This document shows positions 27,228 through 32,000 of a stretch of DNA of 32,000 bases, piece by piece. Positions within the stretch are counted from its first letter, which is position 1; every line of letters starts with the position of its first letter. The notes under the pieces were generated by a model. That model had not been told where the DNA came from. It did not search any database and worked only from the letters and a program-made list of their open reading frames with translations. The position numbers and the translations under genes were made by a program. This DNA comes from Prochlorococcus marinus str. NATL2A (GTDB lineage Bacteria; Cyanobacteriota; Cyanobacteriia; PCC-6307; Cyanobiaceae), in the NCBI RefSeq assembly GCF_000012465.1, contig NC_007335.2:1470001-1502000 (forward strand). Direction: 5' to 3'.

Positions 27228-28450
27228 ATCCCCCATAATCTATCTCTTCTTTCCCCTCCCAATCTATCTTTCAATTTTCTAAGTACAGAAGGTATTTCAG
27301 AGCTCCAAGGGCTATTAATCAAAACTTTTTTCAAGTCATCCTCACTCACTTCACAATCCAAGCAATCTGCGTTTGCCCCTGGAAACCAATGTCCCCCTCT
27401 CCCTAAAAGACCATAACGATCTTTAACAAAGCTTTCCATATCCCAAGCCTCTAATAAATTGTTTAGCCATAATAAAGTAGGTATATTTATCTCTCCTGGA
27501 GTTTGGTCCCAGCGAGGAAGACCTATATTCCAAGTAGTCAACCATGACTCTCCAAGCGATTTATACGAGGCATTTATTAGTCGCTTTTCAATGGTATTAA
27601 TTACCCCATGCATGGTGTCCATTTTAGAAATCGCACTTAAATGAATATCCAGATCTTCAGGACTGGAAGCTCCAACACTTAATGTATGAATTCTTTTATC
27701 CCTCAAACAAAACAGATCGTTAAATTCTATTGGATGCAAAGGACTACATAAATCTAAAAGTTTTAATGACGGTGTATGTAAATGACCTCCCTTATCAGTA
27801 GGACTTATAATAAAAACCCCCAAATCATTAGCATCCGCTGCTTGCAAAGCTTTTTCGTTTTCCTGACGAATAAAATACCAATGCAAATTAACATAATCAA
27901 AAAAACCTGTTTCAATTGTTTTAATTATCAGGTCAACGTTTGCATGAGTTGAGAAGCCAACATGACCAATGAGACCATCTTTTTGCCAACGACGAACAAT
28001 TTGTAGACATCCATTAGGACGAATAGTCATATCTAAGTGTTCAGGAAGGTTGATACCATGAATAGCTAATAAATCAATTTTTTTGGAACCTAATCTACTC
28101 ATGCTCAACTCAAGTTCTTGCTCGAATATCGAAGGATCATTATTTGGTGGTACTTTCGTTTGTAATATTCTTTTTGGGTCATCGATTTGATCGAAGGCCC
28201 AGCCTATCTGGCGTTCTGATGTTCCATAATGACGAGCAGTTTCTATATGATGCATACCTTTTTGAGCGGCATAGCTAATAGTTTTTTGCAAGATTTCTTG
28301 TTGTTGATTATTGATCTCTTTAGGATCTAAATCCTTCCAGCTTTGTTGAAAGCGCATCCCTCCCAGAGATAAGACTGGTATCTGAATCTCAGTTCGCCCA
28401 AATCTTCTTCTAGGAATTGAATTGTTTTTACTATCTTTATTTTTTGGCAC
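27224..28450 (-). CDS. Aldo/keto reductase family oxidoreductase with a long C-terminal extension
   Basis: 408 aa. AKR-type N-terminus (RRFGRTEIQIPVLSLGGMRF, IETARHYG) and a ~120-aa C-terminal region. Confidence 0.75.
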   Translation of the reverse strand: MPKNKDSKNNSIPRRRFGRTEIQIPVLSLGGMRFQQSWKDLDPKEINNQQQEILQKTISYAAQKGMHHIETARHYGTSERQIGWAFDQIDDPKRILQTKVPPNNDPSIFEQELELSMSRLGSKKIDLLAIHGINLPEHLDMTIRPNGCLQIVRRWQKDGLIGHVGFSTHANVDLIIKTIETGFFDYVNLHWYFIRQENEKALQAADANDLGVFIISPTDKGGHLHTPSLKLLDLCSPLHPIEFNDLFCLRDKRIHTLSVGASSPEDLDIHLSAISKMDTMHGVINTIEKRLINASYKSLGESWLTTWNIGLPRWDQTPGEINIPTLLWLNNLLEAWDMESFVKDRYGLLGRGGHWFPGANADCLDCEVSEDDLKKVLINSPWSSEIPSVLRKLKDRLGGERRDRLWGI

Positions 28451-28465
28451 TTATATTTATAAAAA

Positions 28466-28885
28466 TCAAGTAACAGGTGGTAACCCTAAATTCCTAAAAT
28501 TATGATTTTTTATAACTTCCTTCAATTTAATTAAATCTTCAAAAGAAACCCAATCTATGCAATCAACTGGGCAGGTATCTATGGCTTCTTGTATTAATTC
28601 ATCACTATCTCCATCTTGCCTAAAAGCTCTTGCTCTACCTTCTTCTGGCTCCATTGCAAAAGTATTCGTAGCAACCGAGCTGCAGTATGTACAGCCAATA
28701 CATTTCCTCTCATCAACCCAAACAGCTTTTTCCCTTAACCTCCCTCCTAGAACTGGATCTCTACCACTAAGCTCGAAATCTTCATTATTAGCTGCTTCGA
28801 ATGCAAGATTTGGATCATAAATACCATTTGATGGCTGATATTCAATAGACCTAGTTTCAAAAGCAGCTCTAGGATCAAAAGTCAA
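28466..28885 (-). CDS. Bacterial-type single-cluster ferredoxin (C-x2-C-x2-C...C-P) with an N-terminal extension
   Basis: 139 aa. CIGCTYC plus CPVDC motifs. About 60 Cys-free residues precede the cluster domain. Confidence 0.8.
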   Translation of the reverse strand: MTFDPRAAFETRSIEYQPSNGIYDPNLAFEAANNEDFELSGRDPVLGGRLREKAVWVDERKCIGCTYCSSVATNTFAMEPEEGRARAFRQDGDSDELIQEAIDTCPVDCIDWVSFEDLIKLKEVIKNHNFRNLGLPPVT

Positions 28886-28899
28886 TTTTCAAAAAAGTC

Positions 28900-29292
28900 C
28901 TAAGAATCCCAGCGAGTGACAACTAATTCTATTGATCCATCTATATTTTGTTTTTGCTCAGATACTTGAAATCCCTCTCTAGCTGTTGAATTAAGAACAG
29001 TATTAAGAGCATAACGCTGAGTGACTTGAGCTAAGAATCTTTCTATTGGTATTGATTGTTTCCAGAGGTCAAGATCAGTTACTAGTTCATATGATTTTGA
29101 CCCTTCATTCCAACGAAATCCAATATCTGCTCCCTTACTCATCTCAACAGTCATTTGAGCCTTAACTGTTTGACCTCTGTAACCTCTAACCAAATTTTCA
29201 CCTTCGTTAGGTATATAACCTAAGTCAATAAGAGCTTGTTTTAGAAACTCTTTTTTACGAAGTTGGGTTTTTACTGTGCTGAAATGTGACAT
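28900..29292 (-). CDS. ycf35: DUF1257 / Ycf35-like protein
   Basis: 130 aa. N-terminus MSHFSTVKTQLRKKEFLKQALIDLGY is what I recognise as the DUF1257 (Ycf35) pattern. Its start overlaps the upstream stop (TGATG). Confidence 0.65.
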   Translation of the reverse strand: MSHFSTVKTQLRKKEFLKQALIDLGYIPNEGENLVRGYRGQTVKAQMTVEMSKGADIGFRWNEGSKSYELVTDLDLWKQSIPIERFLAQVTQRYALNTVLNSTAREGFQVSEQKQNIDGSIELVVTRWDS

Positions 29293-29495
29293 CAGTGAAT
29301 TTCTGCAGAAATAGTCTGTTTTTGAACCTTTTCACGAAGAAAGGTATCGGAGGTTGGTTCTCTTCTCTCAACGGTGCCTAAGGCATCCTCAAGCTTCTCA
29401 GTTAAATCGATACATGCTTCACCAACAAGACCCTCAACGGTTTCTTCAACCCGTCCATCTTGTCGAATTTTGAAACGCAATGTTCGTTGTGGCAT
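29292..29495 (-). CDS. DUF2997-like small protein
   Basis: LRFKIRQDGRVEETVEGLVGEAC..LTEKLE..LG pattern. I prefer the ATG at 29495 (MPQRTLRF). The tracked ORF extends to 29522. Confidence 0.55.
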   Translation of the reverse strand: MPQRTLRFKIRQDGRVEETVEGLVGEACIDLTEKLEDALGTVERREPTSDTFLREKVQKQTISAEIH

Positions 29496-29586
29496 GAAAG
29501 AGTGAGGTCCTAAGTCACGCATGATATAGAAAAAAACACTAGAAACGCGAATTATTAATTACAACGAATTGTTTTCGTACCAAAAA

Positions 29587-30396
29587 TTAAACCAATTGAC
29601 CATCATCAATTAATGATTTTAATTTTTTTTGTACCTCTTGATTGTCCAATTGCTCCAAAGCTGTCCTTGCTTCATACCTGACAGAAGGCTCACGGTCATT
29701 CAATAAAACAGAAATAAAAGCCTCTACTATGTGAATTTTGATTTCCTCACTCAAATGAATGTAAAGGCGACCAAGAGACCAAATACAATTACTCCTAACT
29801 ATTGGTTCCCCATCAATTTGTAAACTTTCAAGTAATTGATTTGCTGCTGGCAAAGAGCTTTCTAATGAATTGAGACCAACCTCTGCTAAAGAACTGGATG
29901 CCCAAAGTCGAACAGCAGCAACATCTTGTTTTAAAGCATTAATCAGAGGTTCTAGAACGGGGGCATTTGAGTAATTTCCAAGACTCCAAGCAGTAGCTTT
30001 TCGCACATAAGCATTACTATCGAATCTCAATAAATGCAATAGAAGGTCAATAGCTTGGGGACAAGGATTTCTACCTAAAGCATAAACAGCGCTCATCCTC
30101 ACAACTGGAGAGGGTTCGTCAAGTAAAGGGAGTAAAAATGGAAGAGCTCTAGAATCTCTGTGTTCACAAAAAACTCTTAGGCCTTGAAGTCTTTCTTCAT
30201 TTCCAGATTGAAGCCATTTCAATGCAATATCACACTCTTTTGATGAATTCACTAGATCTTCATCAGTTTTATCTAGTTCAATTTCATCTAAAGGATCCCC
30301 AGCCAACTGAGCAGCTAGTTCTCGAGCCAAGAGATCAGGGTCTATGGCCAAATTTGCCAACCCTTCTTTACTTAAATTTTGATTTACATCACTCAT
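29587..30396 (-). CDS. HEAT-repeat (PBS-lyase/E-Z type) protein
   Basis: 269 aa. Repeated ~30-aa units of the form VR..A..ALG....P.A...L...L.D. Confidence 0.75.
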   Translation of the reverse strand: MSDVNQNLSKEGLANLAIDPDLLARELAAQLAGDPLDEIELDKTDEDLVNSSKECDIALKWLQSGNEERLQGLRVFCEHRDSRALPFLLPLLDEPSPVVRMSAVYALGRNPCPQAIDLLLHLLRFDSNAYVRKATAWSLGNYSNAPVLEPLINALKQDVAAVRLWASSSLAEVGLNSLESSLPAANQLLESLQIDGEPIVRSNCIWSLGRLYIHLSEEIKIHIVEAFISVLLNDREPSVRYEARTALEQLDNQEVQKKLKSLIDDGQLV

Positions 30397-30420
30397 AGCT
30401 CTGACTGAAGAAGAGCAAGC

Positions 30421-30546
30421 TTAATTAATTGGAGCTGGTGCAAGCATATCCCCAGGCAGCCATATACGAGCACTGACTGCAAACAAAGCGATACCAAAAA
30501 GAGCAACAATCAAGATAGGAAAAAGAGTTGTCCGTAAGAAACCCAA
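30421..30546 (-). CDS. Candidate 41-aa single-TM peptide (not in the ORF track), TTG start
   Basis: My translation is (M)GFLRTTLFPILIVALFGIALFAVSARIWLPGDMLAPAPIN*. There is a TGA 8 codons upstream of the TTG. It ends 24 nt before the HEAT-repeat gene on the same strand. One clear hydrophobic helix followed by Arg. Confidence 0.35.
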   Translation of the reverse strand: MGFLRTTLFPILIVALFGIALFAVSARIWLPGDMLAPAPIN

Positions 30547-30611
30547 GGTTGCAAGTGAATTAGAATTTCATTCTGCTCTAAATTTTGACCATTTGGCTAT
30601 TTAGCGTCAAC

Positions 30612-32000
30612 TTATTGAGTTATTAGTCTTGTTTTCTTCATTAAAAACACAGAACTGACCGCAATGGAGAGTGCAATCCAAGCGCTCCTTTCTTGATGTA
30701 ATAAGAAAGCTCCAATACTGAGTAAGCCTCCATAGAGAATACATGAGCCTAAAATGAAGCGACATCCAAGCACTGAAAAAGAATCAACTGGATCAATATT
30801 CAATTTCTTCCGTATTTTGCTCCAGCCAGGGCCTGGAGGTTTTACCTGCATTACAAAGTTATTGAGTGTCTCGTCAGACTCTGGCTCAGTGAAAAATAAG
30901 GTAAGCAGCCAAATCACGGCTGAAAATGAAGTTGTGAATAAAAGTCTTTTTCCAAAATCTTCAATTATGAAATAAGGCGAAACTGAAGTAATTAAGCCTA
31001 TAAAAAAACCACTCAGCATTGCCGAAAGTTCCGCTAGAGCATTAACTCGCCACCAAAACCACCGAAGGACAAGCACAGCACCTGGGCCTGTACCTATCGC
31101 AATAACAAGTCTAAACATTGAACCAATACTGTTACTTAATAAAGCCGTGAGGACTCCAATTAGAAGCAACAAAATACTTGCTAGCTGGCCCATAAAAATC
31201 ATTTCTCTAGGCCCAGCGAATGGCCTCACAAATCTCTTATAAAGATCATGTGCAAGATAACTTGCCCCCCAATTGATTGAGGTACTTACGGTGCTCATAA
31301 ATGCAGCGACCAATGAAACTACGACTAATCCAAGTCCAACGGGTGGTAAGTATGTAACAGCAAGGTTTGGATAACTTAATTCCCAGTCAGCTTGTTGAGG
31401 CAAGAGGACTAAACCAGCTAAGCCAACTAAAATCCAAAGCCAACTGCGAACAAGATAATTAACAATTAAAAAAACTATTCCTGCCAAAGTTGCTTGTTTT
31501 TCATCTTTTGTAGCCAATAAACGTTGAATAAATTCCCCACCACCATCACTACGTCTGAAACTCCACCACTGCAAAGAAATAAAAGCGAAGAAAGTAGTAA
31601 TACTTATTCCTGAGCTATCCAACCAATTGAAACCATTTTTGTTGAATGTCCATGGAAATAAAGAAAGCAGCTCAGGTCGATCTAATGCCTCTAACTTTGT
31701 TAACAAATTCGTCATACCACCTGAAGCATCAAGTGCCACAAAGCAAACAGCAAATGCGCCTAAAAGAGCTAATACAAGTTGTACAAAATCATTAACGACT
31801 ACTGCCCAAAGTCCGCCTAGTACAGTGTAAACAAGCAAAAACAAAGCAACTAAAATCATTAAAAGTATCGTGTCAGTAAAGGGTCCGAATACAATATGTC
31901 CATCTACCACACCTAATGATTCAGCCACTTTACGCATTGCTAAGAAAGCATAACCAATCCCAATACAATTGATTGGAACTGAGAGTAAAAAAGCTTTTAT
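30612..32000 (-). CDS. Sodium:solute symporter (SSF) family transporter, 3' part; the N-terminus lies beyond the window end
   Basis: The frame stays open upstream of the tracked Met through nt 32000 (IKAFLLSVPINCIGIGYAFLA-MRK...). Polytopic, with an SSF-like stretch (QWWSFRRSDGGGEFIQRLLATKDEKQA). Confidence 0.65.
   Translation of the reverse strand: MKAFLLSVPINCIGIGYAFLAMRKVAESLGVVDGHIVFGPFTDTILLMILVALFLLVYTVLGGLWAVVVNDFVQLVLALLGAFAVCFVALDASGGMTNLLTKLEALDRPELLSLFPWTFNKNGFNWLDSSGISITTFFAFISLQWWSFRRSDGGGEFIQRLLATKDEKQATLAGIVFLIVNYLVRSWLWILVGLAGLVLLPQQADWELSYPNLAVTYLPPVGLGLVVVSLVAAFMSTVSTSINWGASYLAHDLYKRFVRPFAGPREMIFMGQLASILLLLIGVLTALLSNSIGSMFRLVIAIGTGPGAVLVLRWFWWRVNALAELSAMLSGFFIGLITSVSPYFIIEDFGKRLLFTTSFSAVIWLLTLFFTEPESDETLNNFVMQVKPPGPGWSKIRKKLNIDPVDSFSVLGCRFILGSCILYGGLLSIGAFLLHQERSAWIALSIAVSSVFLMKKTRLITQ

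Overview
This window reads as a densely packed, AT-rich piece of conserved core genome from a marine picocyanobacterium. Gene content, gene order and the protein sequences look like Prochlorococcus marinus; that assignment comes from my own recognition, not from a search. Almost every base is covered by recognisable housekeeping genes. In order they are: nadD (partial) and nadE; two conserved unknowns; the large cyanobacterial ATP synthase operon on the minus strand (atp1, a, c, b', b, delta, alpha, gamma); ftsW, ccdA and ccs1; queF; a small unknown plus glnB (PII); tlyA; purB and fumC; a Ski2-like helicase; a biotin operon (bioF, bioK-like esterase, bioC, bioD, bioA); a membrane-anchored J-domain protein; rsmG; and a minus-strand cluster of aldo/keto reductase, single-cluster ferredoxin, DUF1257 (Ycf35), DUF2997 and a HEAT-repeat protein, followed by a partial Na+/solute symporter. 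I found no rRNA, tRNA, CRISPR array, transposase or integrase, long repeat, or anything resembling an accessory or defence island, and I see no convincing evidence for a novel multi-gene system. What seems worth a second look is smaller in scale: a perfect NtcA-type box upstream of the glnB locus; a PII T-loop that keeps Ser49 but has Phe at position 51; a 45-nt polypyrimidine leader and two hairpins inside the atp operon; an untracked 41-codon single-helix ORF that needs a TTG start; the uncharacterised DUF2997/DUF1257/ferredoxin/AKR module; and the extreme gene packing, with overlapping convergent gene ends and forced non-ATG starts.
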